A stretch of DNA of 64,000 nt from Candidatus Limnocylindrus sp. (GCA_040397255.1 JBBAWJ010000002.1:35854-99853); one strand, 5' to 3'; counted from the stretch's first letter, positions 29,349-38,152 are shown. Notes: generated from the sequence alone by a model not told the origin. Numbers and translations: made by a program.

Positions 29349-30914
29349 TTAGCGGACGATTGTCTGGCTCTGCTCACGCAGGTACTGCGGCACGTAGTAG
29401 AGGCCACCGCCCGACTTCCCCGTCGTGCCCGACTTCTTCCAGCCGCCGAACGGCTGGACCATCGGCCATGCGCCGGTCGTGGATCCCACCCGGCGGTTTA
29501 CGTAGATGACGCCACCATCAATGGTGTCGAGGAAGGTCTTGATCTCGGCCTCATCCTCGGTATAGCAACCGGCGGTGAGGGCGTACTCGCTCTTATTGGC
29601 GAGGGTGATCCCCTCTTCGAACGAGGCGATCTTCGCCACCGCAACGAACGGCGTGAAGAGCTCGTCGGTGAAGAGGCGATGCGTTGCTGGGAGGCCCGTC
29701 ACCACGGTCGGTGTGACGTAGAAGCCCTTGGCGAGATCGCCATCGGTCAGGCGACCGCCGCCGATCTCGATCGTTCCATCACGCTTCGCCTCGTCGCAAG
29801 CCTGCATAAAGGTATCGACGGAGCGCTGGTTGATGATTGGCCCAAGGAAGACGCCGCGCACCGTTGGGTCGCCGACCTTCAGCGCCTTCGTCTTCTCTAC
29901 GAGGTGCTTCACGAATTCGTCATGCACCGACGCTTCGATATAGACACGGCTATTCGCCGAGCACTTCTGCCCACCGAGACCGAACGCAGAGCGAAGGACC
30001 CCTTCGGCCGCCTTCTCAAGATCCGCATGCTTTGAGATGATCGTTGGGTTCTTCCCGCCCATCTCAACAATGACGGGCTTCGGATAGTTCTTGGCAAACG
30101 ATCGGTAGACCTGCATGCCCACCTCAGCTGAACCGGTGAAGGTGATGCCAGAGACATCATGGTTCTCCTGCAGCTCTGCGCCGACGCTTTCGCCTGGCCC
30201 CATCACCATGTTGAAGACACCGGCAGGAATTCCTGCATCGCTAATCGCTTGCGCGAGCAGCACCGCCGAGAGCGGTGCCTCTGACGAAGGCTTCAGCACC
30301 ACCGAGTTGCCGGCAACAAGTGCAGCACCAACTGGACCGCCCATCAGGGCGAAGGGGAAGTTGAATGGGCTGATGACCGCCCAGACGCCGTACGGCTTCA
30401 GAACGGTCGTCGTCTCAACCTTTGCGTCACCAAGGTTCCCCATGGTGTGGATGTAGCCCTTATTGCGCTCAACCTCACCCGCGTAGATGCGGAAGAAGTC
30501 GGCGGTCTCTTCGACGTCGCCGAGTGCCTCGAGGCGGTTCTTGCCAACCTCAATAGAGAGGAGTGCGGAGTAGAGGAACTGTCGCTCGCTGATCAGCTCG
30601 GCCGCCGCGCGAATCAGCGCGACTCGCTCCTGCCATGGTCGCTTCGACCAGGCTGGGTACGCCGCCTTCGCCGCGGCGATCGCCGCCTTTGCGGTGCTGC
30701 GGTCGCCCTTACTAAAGGTGCCGACGACACTGCCGTCGATTGGGGACTTCTTCTCAAAGGTGTCACCCGCGGTAGACCAGCTGCCGTTGATGAAGTTGCC
30801 GTGTGCGCCGCCCATCATGGCGCGGGCCTGCGCGAGGCCTGCCTCGTACCCAATATGGATCTCCTCATTGGAGTCGTTCAGGGTGGCGTACGTGATCTTC
30901 AACTTCTCAGCCAT
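29349..30914 (-). CDS. Aldehyde dehydrogenase, RocA/PruA-like (L-glutamate gamma-semialdehyde / P5C dehydrogenase family)
   Basis: ISPFNFPFALMGG, VLKPSSEAP, EMGGKNP, GQKCSANSR and the C-terminal YVNRRVGSTTGAWPMVQPFGGWKKSGTTGKSGG are present. That C-terminal segment resembles the Bacillus RocA-type tail. Confidence 0.75.
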   Translation of the reverse strand: MAEKLKITYATLNDSNEEIHIGYEAGLAQARAMMGGAHGNFINGSWSTAGDTFEKKSPIDGSVVGTFSKGDRSTAKAAIAAAKAAYPAWSKRPWQERVALIRAAAELISERQFLYSALLSIEVGKNRLEALGDVEETADFFRIYAGEVERNKGYIHTMGNLGDAKVETTTVLKPYGVWAVISPFNFPFALMGGPVGAALVAGNSVVLKPSSEAPLSAVLLAQAISDAGIPAGVFNMVMGPGESVGAELQENHDVSGITFTGSAEVGMQVYRSFAKNYPKPVIVEMGGKNPTIISKHADLEKAAEGVLRSAFGLGGQKCSANSRVYIEASVHDEFVKHLVEKTKALKVGDPTVRGVFLGPIINQRSVDTFMQACDEAKRDGTIEIGGGRLTDGDLAKGFYVTPTVVTGLPATHRLFTDELFTPFVAVAKIASFEEGITLANKSEYALTAGCYTEDEAEIKTFLDTIDGGVIYVNRRVGSTTGAWPMVQPFGGWKKSGTTGKSGGGLYYVPQYLREQSQTIVR

Positions 30915-30964
30915 GGGTCCATCCTTACTTTGGGGCGCACATGCGGCGCGCCATCCGGCTTACT

Positions 30965-31423
30965 CTACCGCGCGGCGACGGCTCGGCAGGAGGGGCAGCG
31001 CCCCTGGAGCGAGAGGTGGTCGAGGTCGGCGGCGTAGCCGGTGACCCGCTCGATCGCCGCAAGGATCGGCTTCGCCGCCGCGGCATCAAGCTCCACCTCG
31101 GCGCCGCACCCCTGGCAGTGCAGGTGCCCGTGCGCGAGAACCTCCTCTAGGTGGTAAGTCTCTCGCCCATCGACCCCATGATGGTGGCTGGCGAACCCCA
31201 GCTCTTCGAGGAGATCGAGCGTGCGGTAGACCGTGGAGGGGGTTGCCGACGGATCTGCGGCTCGCACACGCTCCACTAGCTCGGCCCCGGTCGCATGGCC
31301 GTCCGAGGCGGCGAGCACGTCGGCGATCAGCTGCCGCTGCTCGGTCCAACGCTGGCCGCGCGCCTGCACCGCCGCCTGGAGGCGGGTGGCGAGGCTCCCT
31401 TGCGGATCGGGCGTGGGCTTCAT
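30965..31423 (-). CDS. Fur-family metal-responsive transcriptional regulator (Nur/Zur-like)
   Basis: TPSTVYRTLDLLEELG (DNA-recognition helix), HHHGV, HGHLHCQGCG and a C-terminal CPSC are present. The start is taken at ATG 31423 (MKPTP...). Confidence 0.8.
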   Translation of the reverse strand: MKPTPDPQGSLATRLQAAVQARGQRWTEQRQLIADVLAASDGHATGAELVERVRAADPSATPSTVYRTLDLLEELGFASHHHGVDGRETYHLEEVLAHGHLHCQGCGAEVELDAAAAKPILAAIERVTGYAADLDHLSLQGRCPSCRAVAAR

Positions 31424-31447
31424 CCCAGGGAGGATACGGGAATCCTT

Positions 31448-31465
31448 ATTGCAACGCATTGCGAT
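31448..31465. promoter_or_regulatory. Candidate operator in the 65-nt fur-family/nikM divergent intergenic region
   Basis: ATTGCAACGCATTGCGAT is an imperfect inverted repeat: 14 of 18 positions match its own reverse complement. It holds two TTGCAA/TTGCGA hexamers reminiscent of Nur-box half-sites, but spaced by 4 nt rather than 5. Confidence 0.3.
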
Positions 31466-31488
31466 AGACTCAGAGGGTGATTCATACG

Positions 31489-32433
31489 ATGCACCTCCCC
31501 GACGGTTTCCTCGCGCCACAGTTGGCGCTCGCCCTCTGGCTCCTCACGGCAGTGATCGTTGGGATCGCCCTGCGTCGATTAGCGGCGAGCCGCGATACAG
31601 CCGGCGCGGCCGGCCGGCCGATCCTAATGGGCCTCGTCGGCGCGTTCATCTTCGCCGCCCAGATGTTTAACTTCCCCGTCGCCGCAGGAACGAGCGGACA
31701 CCTCCTCGGCGGCGTTCTCGCCGGCTACCTGCTCGGACCGTGGGCTGGGACCATCGTTATGACGACGGTCATTGGCGTACAGGCGCTCCTCTTTCAAGAC
31801 GGTGGCCTGCTCGCGCTCGGCGCCAACATCTTCAATATGGGGATCATCGGCACGTTGGGGGGCACCCTCATCGCCCGAGCGCTCGCCCTCACACTCGGCG
31901 GTGGCCGCAACGTGCGCATCGCCGCCGCTGGCGTTGCCGGCTGGCTCTCTGCCATGGCCGGAGCTGGCGTGACCACCCTCCAGTTAGGACTCTCGGGCAC
32001 AACAGATATCTCTGTTGGACTCCCTGCAATGTTGAGCGTGCATCTGCTGATCGGCGTCGGCGAAGCGCTGATCACTATTGCTGCGCTGACATTCATCGCC
32101 ACCACCGCGCCAGATTTGCTGGGCGAGGAGTCTGCAACGCAGCACTCACTCCTACGGCGCGCCGCCGCGGGCGCCGGCGCCACCGTCGTCGTCATTGCGC
32201 TCGCCACACTCTTCGCGTCGACGGATCCTGATGGGCTGAACTCTGTCGCACAGGCACTCGGCTTCTCCCACTTTGAAGCGGGCACATCGTTCAATCTCTT
32301 TGCTGGCTACTCCATCCCTGGACTTGATGGAACTGCATCAACAGTGATCGCTGCACTCATTGGTGCCACTGCCATCGCTGGGCTCCTCTTCGGGCTGAGC
32401 CGACTGGCAGCCTCACGAACGAGTAAAAGGTGA
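31489..32433 (+). CDS. cbiM: ECF-type Ni/Co transporter substrate component CbiM/NikM fused to a C-terminal PDGLE domain
   Basis: The start MHLPDGFL is the CbiM/NikM N-terminal metal-binding signature, and the protein is multi-TM. The C-terminal ~90 aa contain DPDGLNSVA plus one more TM segment. Confidence 0.8.
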   Translation: MHLPDGFLAPQLALALWLLTAVIVGIALRRLAASRDTAGAAGRPILMGLVGAFIFAAQMFNFPVAAGTSGHLLGGVLAGYLLGPWAGTIVMTTVIGVQALLFQDGGLLALGANIFNMGIIGTLGGTLIARALALTLGGGRNVRIAAAGVAGWLSAMAGAGVTTLQLGLSGTTDISVGLPAMLSVHLLIGVGEALITIAALTFIATTAPDLLGEESATQHSLLRRAAAGAGATVVVIALATLFASTDPDGLNSVAQALGFSHFEAGTSFNLFAGYSIPGLDGTASTVIAALIGATAIAGLLFGLSRLAASRTSKR

Positions 32434-33212
32434 GCCGCGCCACGCCGGGCGGCCGCGATGCGCGTGCGGCCGTAATCGCTGCACTCCTCTTCATTCTTGG
32501 TATCGCTCTCCTGCCGATGGGCGCCTACATTGCCATCCTGCTCGGCTGGTTGATGGTGATTACGGCGGGTGCCTACGTTGGCATCTCACCGTTTCGGCTC
32601 GCGCGACGCGGCGCGATTGCACTCCCGTTTGTTCTCGCTGCACTACCGATCATCTTCCTGCGCACCGATGAACTGCTGTGGAGCGGCACCGTTGGCCCCC
32701 TCTCACTGAGCATCTCTGGTGCAGGACTGCGGATTGCGCTGACTGCGGTACTGAAGGCCTGGGTGAGCGTGCAAGCCTCGATCGTGCTCATTACCTATTC
32801 CGATGCCCCGACCATCGTCACGGCGCTTCGCCGCATGAAGCTCCCCGACGCGATTGCGACCAGCGCTGGCCTCACGATTCGCTACCTCGAACTCCTTCGT
32901 GATGAGGCGCGGCGAATGCTCCGCGCCCGCACCGCACGCTCCGCGAGCCCTGAGGGCTCTGGCCGAGAGCGAATCGGCGGCAGCATCTCGTGGCGTGCGC
33001 GAACAACAGGGAACCTGGTCGGCTCGCTCTTCTTGCGCGCCTACTCCCGAGCGCAGCGCATTGAAGAGGCCGCGGCATCACGCGGGGCGACTGGCTCACT
33101 CTCTGTCGGGACCATGCCGACGGCCGACCCGCGCCTCACGATCAAGGTGATCGGCGTTCTCGCTCTGGTGCTCGCCCTGACGCTCTTTGGCGCGCTGCTG
33201 CCGCGACTGTAG
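32430..33212 (+). CDS. cbiQ: ECF transporter transmembrane (T) component CbiQ/NikQ
   Basis: Multi-TM protein containing the ARTARS-type coupling motif (MLRARTARSAS). Its start overlaps the cbiM stop by 4 nt. Confidence 0.75.
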   Translation: MSRATPGGRDARAAVIAALLFILGIALLPMGAYIAILLGWLMVITAGAYVGISPFRLARRGAIALPFVLAALPIIFLRTDELLWSGTVGPLSLSISGAGLRIALTAVLKAWVSVQASIVLITYSDAPTIVTALRRMKLPDAIATSAGLTIRYLELLRDEARRMLRARTARSASPEGSGRERIGGSISWRARTTGNLVGSLFLRAYSRAQRIEEAAASRGATGSLSVGTMPTADPRLTIKVIGVLALVLALTLFGALLPRL

Positions 33213-33221
33213 GCTGAACCT

Positions 33222-34028
33222 ATGACGGAACAACACGAGCATCCACATACGCATCCCGGGGCACCGCTGCCGCACAGCCATGGTCACGAACATGCCCACG
33301 ATGCGGCACTCGCGCCAACTGGCGACGGCACCATCGCGATCTCCCACCTGCACTTCCGCTACCCCGACGGAACCGAGGCGCTACGCGGCATTGATCTAGC
33401 GATCGCCGGCGGCGAGAAGATTGCGCTCTTGGGGCCGAACGGCGCGGGGAAGAGCACCCTGATGCTGCACCTCAACGGGATCCACCGGCCCACCCACGGC
33501 GCCGTGCATGTGGCTGGGGCGCAGGTATCGAACGAGACGATCGGGCGTGTACGTGCCGAGGTCGGACTCGTCTTTCAGGATCCCGATGATCAGCTCTTCA
33601 GCCCAACGGTGTGGGACGACGTCGCCTTCGGCCCAACGCACATGGGGCTCACCTCCAGTGCCATTCATGACCGCGTAGAGAGCGCACTTGCCGCCGTTGG
33701 CGCGCTTGACCTGGCGCAGCGCGCACCCATGCGCCTCTCGATCGGTCAACGCAAGCGTGTCGCCCTTGCCACCGTCTTGGCGATGAACCCGAGCATCTTG
33801 GTCTTCGATGAGCCGTCTGCTGGGCTTGACCCGCGCGGGCGACGTGAACTCATTGAGCTGCTGCAGTCGCTCACGCAGACACTCATCGTCAGCACCCATG
33901 ATCTTGAACTGGCGCGTGCCGCATTCCCGCGCAGCATCGTGGTTGATCGCGGCGTGATCGTGGCCGACGGATCAACGAGCGAGATCCTGGCAAACCGCGA
34001 GCTCCTGCTCGCGCACGGACTCGCTTAA
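33222..34028 (+). CDS. cbiO: ECF transporter ATPase CbiO/NikO with a His-rich N-terminal extension
   Basis: Walker A GPNGAGKST, signature LSIGQRKRV and Walker B LVFDEPSAGLD are present. The first 26 aa contain 9 His residues (MTEQHEHPHTHPGAPLPHSHGHEHAH). Confidence 0.85.
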   Translation: MTEQHEHPHTHPGAPLPHSHGHEHAHDAALAPTGDGTIAISHLHFRYPDGTEALRGIDLAIAGGEKIALLGPNGAGKSTLMLHLNGIHRPTHGAVHVAGAQVSNETIGRVRAEVGLVFQDPDDQLFSPTVWDDVAFGPTHMGLTSSAIHDRVESALAAVGALDLAQRAPMRLSIGQRKRVALATVLAMNPSILVFDEPSAGLDPRGRRELIELLQSLTQTLIVSTHDLELARAAFPRSIVVDRGVIVADGSTSEILANRELLLAHGLA

Positions 34029-35311
34029 GACTTCTGCCCTTTGGCGCGCGCGGCGCGCAGCGCGGCAATGCGATCGCGCAGCTCGGCCTCTGCACCACTC
34101 CCCGACGGCGCATAGAAGCGCTTCGTCGCAATCTCGCGTGGCAGATACTCCTGATTGATGTCAAACGGTTCGCCGTCCGCGTGTGGTGACTGATACGTCT
34201 TTGCCGACGCCCGCAGATGGCCAGGGACTGGCAGTTGGCCGCTGGTGGCAATCTGCTCACGCGCCGCAGCGAGTGCCTCACCTGCGCGTGGCGACTTCGG
34301 CGCAGAGGCGAGATAGGTGACCGCCTGTGCCAGCGCCCAATCGCACTCCGGTGATCCGGCAAGCTCTACGACCTGTGCTGCAGCTGCGGCAAGCGGGAGC
34401 GCTGCGGGATCGGCGTTACCAACATCCTCCGATGCGGAGACGAGCAGTCTGCGCGCGATGACACGCGGATCTTCGCCCCCCTCCAGCGCTGTCGCGAGCC
34501 ACCAGATCGCTGCGTCAGGATCGTTGCCACGAATGCTCTTGATCAGCGCTGAGGTGACGCCAGACTGGTCGTATGGGAGGCTCCGATCTTGCGCGGCGAG
34601 GAGCACTTCGCGCGGCGTGATCTCCTTGCCGTCTGTCGTCATGAGGGCGGCCATCTCTAAGAGCGTTAAGAGTCGACGCGCATCACCCGATGCATAGCCG
34701 ACTAACTGGCGGCGTGCGTCGGCATCAACCTGGACTGCGCCGTTCAAGCCGCGGGAATCCGTGAGCGCCCGGTCGAGCAGCGTCTCAAGCTCGTCACTGC
34801 TGAGTGGAGCCAGGCGGAAGGTGCGCATGCGCGAGAGGAGCGCCGGCGAGATTGCGCGCGGTGGCGGCTCCGTCGTGGCGCCAACCAAGATGATCGTGCC
34901 CGCCTCCACGTGTGGCAGCAGGGCATCCTGCTGCGTGCGCGAGAAACGGTGCAACTCGTCAATGAAGAGGAGTGTCTGCTCGCCGTGTTCACGACGCTCG
35001 ATCGCCGCGGCGACCGCCTTGCGGACCTCGGCCACGCCGTCGCTCGTCGCGGAGAGGCTCGTGGGGACCGCCTTCAGCGACGTGGCGATCACAGCGGCGA
35101 GTGTCGATTTTCCACTCCCCGGTGGTCCCCAAAGCAGGAGCGAGGGCGCCTCACCGCGCTCAAGAAGTCGCCGTAGCGGTGCGCCTGGCCCAACCAGTGC
35201 GCCCTGCCCGACCACCTCATCGAGGGTCGCTGGGCGCATCCGGGCCGCGAGGGGTTGCGCTGGCGCGAGACCACCAAGGAGCGTTGCCCTCTCTTTCATC
35301 TCACTGATCAT
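34025..35311 (-). CDS. rarA: Replication-associated recombination protein A (RarA/MgsA AAA+ ATPase)
   Basis: MRPATLDEVVGQ...LLLWGPPGSGKSTLA...LFIDELHRFSRTQQDALLPHVE...IKSIRGNDPDAAIWW matches RarA. The start is taken at ATG 35311 (or 35299). Confidence 0.9.
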   Translation of the reverse strand: MISEMKERATLLGGLAPAQPLAARMRPATLDEVVGQGALVGPGAPLRRLLERGEAPSLLLWGPPGSGKSTLAAVIATSLKAVPTSLSATSDGVAEVRKAVAAAIERREHGEQTLLFIDELHRFSRTQQDALLPHVEAGTIILVGATTEPPPRAISPALLSRMRTFRLAPLSSDELETLLDRALTDSRGLNGAVQVDADARRQLVGYASGDARRLLTLLEMAALMTTDGKEITPREVLLAAQDRSLPYDQSGVTSALIKSIRGNDPDAAIWWLATALEGGEDPRVIARRLLVSASEDVGNADPAALPLAAAAAQVVELAGSPECDWALAQAVTYLASAPKSPRAGEALAAAREQIATSGQLPVPGHLRASAKTYQSPHADGEPFDINQEYLPREIATKRFYAPSGSGAEAELRDRIAALRAARAKGQKS

Positions 35312-35351
35312 CGCACCCTTCGCGCCGCCCTCGGGTACGCTTGACCGACTG

Positions 35352-36566
35352 ATGCCCGATTTTTCTGAACTAGGACTTGCCCCCGAACTCCTACGAGCCG
35401 TCGCCGACGAGGGGTACACCGAACCGACCCCGATCCAGGCGCAGGCGATCCCGTACGTGCTGCAGGGTCGCGACCTTCTCGGCGCTGCCCAGACCGGCAC
35501 AGGAAAGACTGCCGCCTTCGTGCTGCCAATCCTGCAGCTACTGAAGCCGCTGGCATCGTCATCGCCGAGCCCAGCGCGGCATCCGGTGCGCGCGCTCGTC
35601 CTCACGCCGACGCGCGAGCTTGCGGTGCAGATCTCCGAAAGCGCCGCAACCTACGGCCGACATCTGCCGCTGCGCAGTGGCGTTGTCTACGGCGGCGTGC
35701 CGATGCCACCACAGCAGAAGATGCTGCTCGCAGGGCTCGAGATTCTCATCGCCACACCGGGTCGACTCCTCGACCATGCCAACTCCAAGACGGTGAACCT
35801 CTCGCAGGTGTCAATCCTGGTTCTTGATGAAGCCGACCGCATGCTCGACATGGGCTTCATGCCCGACCTGAAGCGCATCCTTGCGCTCATCCCCAAGCAG
35901 CGCCAGAGCCTCCTCTTCTCAGCAACCTTCTCTGAGCCGATTCGCGCCTTAGCGCAGGACTTCCTGCGCGACCCGATCACCGTCGAAGTCGCGCGGCGCA
36001 ACCAGACCGCCGAGAACGTTCGCCAGGTGATCATGGCCGTTGATGATCGACGCCGACGACAGCTGCTCAGCGACCTACTGCGCACCAAGCCGTGGGAGCA
36101 GGCGCTGGTCTTTGTCAACCGAAAAGTTGAGGCGAATCGCCTCGGTGACTTCCTCCATCGCGATGGGCACTCCGTGGTCGAGATTCATGGTGACAAGGAT
36201 CAGAAGCAGCGCAACCGTGCGCTTGCCGCATTCAAGGCGGGCGAGGCGCGCGTGATGGTCGCCACCGATGTCGCTGCGCGCGGCCTCGACATTGAGGCAC
36301 TCCCCGCGGTCATCAACTACGAACTCCCCTTCGACCCCGAGGATTACGTGCATCGCATCGGCCGAACCGGTCGCGCTGGCGCACTCGGTGAGGCGGTCAG
36401 CTTCGTGGCCCCCGACGAGATGGATAAGTTGAGCCTGGTGCGCAAGCTCACGAAGGCCGGACTCCACATGGAGATTCCACTCGGCTACGAACCGATCCTT
36501 CTCGACTTCCCGCGCGACTTAATCGCCAAGGCACAGATGATTCGCCTGCAGCGAGGTCGCCGCTAG
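35352..36566 (+). CDS. DEAD-box ATP-dependent RNA helicase (RhlE-like)
   Basis: Q-motif TEPTPIQ, AQTGTGKT, PTRELA, DEAD (VLDEADRM), SAT and HRIGRTGRAG are present. The start is the internal ATG 35352 of track ORF 34761..36566. Confidence 0.9.
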   Translation: MPDFSELGLAPELLRAVADEGYTEPTPIQAQAIPYVLQGRDLLGAAQTGTGKTAAFVLPILQLLKPLASSSPSPARHPVRALVLTPTRELAVQISESAATYGRHLPLRSGVVYGGVPMPPQQKMLLAGLEILIATPGRLLDHANSKTVNLSQVSILVLDEADRMLDMGFMPDLKRILALIPKQRQSLLFSATFSEPIRALAQDFLRDPITVEVARRNQTAENVRQVIMAVDDRRRRQLLSDLLRTKPWEQALVFVNRKVEANRLGDFLHRDGHSVVEIHGDKDQKQRNRALAAFKAGEARVMVATDVAARGLDIEALPAVINYELPFDPEDYVHRIGRTGRAGALGEAVSFVAPDEMDKLSLVRKLTKAGLHMEIPLGYEPILLDFPRDLIAKAQMIRLQRGRR

Positions 36567-36997
36567 CTCTTCGCGCTCGCCTCAGCCTGGCGGATGAACT
36601 CCATGATGCGGATCTCCAGATCGTCGCGCACCTCGCGATACGCCTCTAACTGATGCTCCTCGCTCCCTACTACCTTTGAGGGGTCTGGCAGCGACCAGTG
36701 CTCGCGCTGTCCGCCATTGGGGAAGATCGGGCAGGCGTCGTTCGCTGCGTCACAGACGGTAATCACGTAGTCGAACGTCTCGTCGAGGAACTGGTGCAGC
36801 GTCTTGCTGGTCTGGGCCGACGCGTCGATGCCGATCTCGTTCAGCACGGTAAGGGCGTGGGGGCGAACCAGGGTCGCCTCGGTGCCGGCACTCTCAACCT
36901 CGAAGGCGCCGCGACCACGCGAGCGTAGGAGCGCTTCAGCGATCTGCGACCGTGCGCTGTTATGCGTGCAGAGGAAGAGGACGCGTGTGCTGCTCAT
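36563..36997 (-). CDS. arsC: Arsenate reductase, thioredoxin-coupled LMW-PTPase family
   Basis: VLFLCTHNSARSQIAE is the CX5R P-loop. VCDAANDACP supplies the second and third Cys residues, and DPS is present. Confidence 0.75.
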   Translation of the reverse strand: MSSTRVLFLCTHNSARSQIAEALLRSRGRGAFEVESAGTEATLVRPHALTVLNEIGIDASAQTSKTLHQFLDETFDYVITVCDAANDACPIFPNGGQREHWSLPDPSKVVGSEEHQLEAYREVRDDLEIRIMEFIRQAEASAKS

Positions 36998-37049
36998 GGG
37001 AACATTCTAGCGATACAAATTACCGCCCGATTACCAGCGCGCTATCCTC

Positions 37050-38054
37050 GTGGGTATGAAGCGTCTGCGCAAGATCGGGATCGCACTCCTCGTGGTGCTA
37101 GCGGGCCTCACCTCGCTCCCCTATCTCGTCAATATTCCAAAGGGTGCCGACGCCGACCCCGCAACGCTCTTGGCAACGGCGGCCGCCCCAGGCGCGCGCA
37201 CCATCACCGCGGATGGGGTGCAGAGCGTCATCGCCGAGGCGGGTGATCCGCAAGATCCTGCCCTGCTGCTCATTCACGGCTTTGGCGGGAGCACCTTCGG
37301 CTATCGCGATGTGATGGAACCGCTCGCCGCGCGCGGCTGGCATGTGATTGCCATTGATCTTCCAGGGTTCGGCCTCTCCGAGAAGTCGTGGGGGCGCGAC
37401 TACAGCCATAAGGCGCAGGCCACCTTCGCCCTCGCGGTCCTAGACCAGCTGAAGGTTGATCGCGCCGTGCTGCTCGGCCACAGCATGGGCGGCAACGTGA
37501 TTAGTTGGATGCTTACCCTCGCCCCCGAACGCGTTGCTGGCCTTGCCTACATTGATGCCGCCGTTGTGCAGCCGAAGAGTGGTGTCAGCAGCTCGCCGTC
37601 ATTTGCGAGTGTGTTGCTCGATGTGCCACCAGTCCGGCGGATCGCGCGTATCGCGATTCGGAGCGCCTTCTCCCGCGAGACGTTCGCCGAACTGCTCTCG
37701 TCGGCCTTCGCTGTCAAGAGTGTGGTGAACCGATATGGGCTGGTCGATGGCTACGCCGCTTCATCGCTGCTGCGCGATTGGGACCTGGCACTCCTCGGCA
37801 TCATTCGTGACGGTGCGAAGAACGCGCTTCCTGAAACTATTGCCACTCTGAGTGCGGCGGCCGGTACGCCGCCAACGCTGATCCTCTGGGGCAGAGATGA
37901 CAGCTGGGTGCCACTGACGAGCGGTGAGATGCTCCGCGCAGACCTGCCAGAGGCGGAGTGGGTCGTGCTGCCAGGGATTGGGCATGTGCCATTTGAAGAG
38001 GACGTCCCTGCGTTCATTGGCGCGGTCGGAGGCTGGCTCGACACGCTGCGCTAA
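37050..38054 (+). CDS. Alpha/beta-fold hydrolase with N-terminal membrane anchor/signal
   Basis: LLIHGFGGS, nucleophile elbow GHSMGG and a C-terminal GHVPFEE (catalytic His) are present. N-terminal hydrophobic segment: IGIALLVVLAGL. Confidence 0.75.
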   Translation: MGMKRLRKIGIALLVVLAGLTSLPYLVNIPKGADADPATLLATAAAPGARTITADGVQSVIAEAGDPQDPALLLIHGFGGSTFGYRDVMEPLAARGWHVIAIDLPGFGLSEKSWGRDYSHKAQATFALAVLDQLKVDRAVLLGHSMGGNVISWMLTLAPERVAGLAYIDAAVVQPKSGVSSSPSFASVLLDVPPVRRIARIAIRSAFSRETFAELLSSAFAVKSVVNRYGLVDGYAASSLLRDWDLALLGIIRDGAKNALPETIATLSAAAGTPPTLILWGRDDSWVPLTSGEMLRADLPEAEWVVLPGIGHVPFEEDVPAFIGAVGGWLDTLR

Positions 38055-38077
38055 GCGCGCATCTGCACTGGGAGAGT

Positions 38078-38152
38078 TGGCTGGCGCGCTAGGATTCGAA
38101 CCTAGGATCCCCTGCTCCAGAGGCAGGTGCCTTACCGCTTGGCCACGCGCCA
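38078..38152 (-). tRNA. tRNA-Gln (anticodon CUG), CCA encoded
   Basis: The reverse complement is TGGCGCG-TG-GCCAAGCGGTAAGGC-A-CCTGC-CTCTGGA-GCAGG-GGATC-CTAGG-TTCGAAT-CCTAG-CGCGCCA-G-CCA. This folds as a hand-checked cloverleaf of 75 nt. Confidence 0.9.

Noticed and set aside
31424-31488. Possible cobalamin riboswitch upstream of cbiM
   Set aside because: The whole intergenic region is 65 nt, far shorter than a B12 riboswitch. No B12-box-like sequence was seen.
34761-35351. N-terminal ~197 codons of the 601-aa ORF 34761..36566
   Set aside because: It is antisense to rarA, with a low-complexity Ser/Arg/Ala-rich translation. The DEAD-box helicase Q-motif region starts just after the ATG at 35352.
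36563-36997. arsC as a marker of an arsenic-resistance island
   Set aside because: No arsR, arsB/acr3 or arsA is nearby. It appears to be a lone chromosomal gene, convergent with the helicase gene and of host-like composition.
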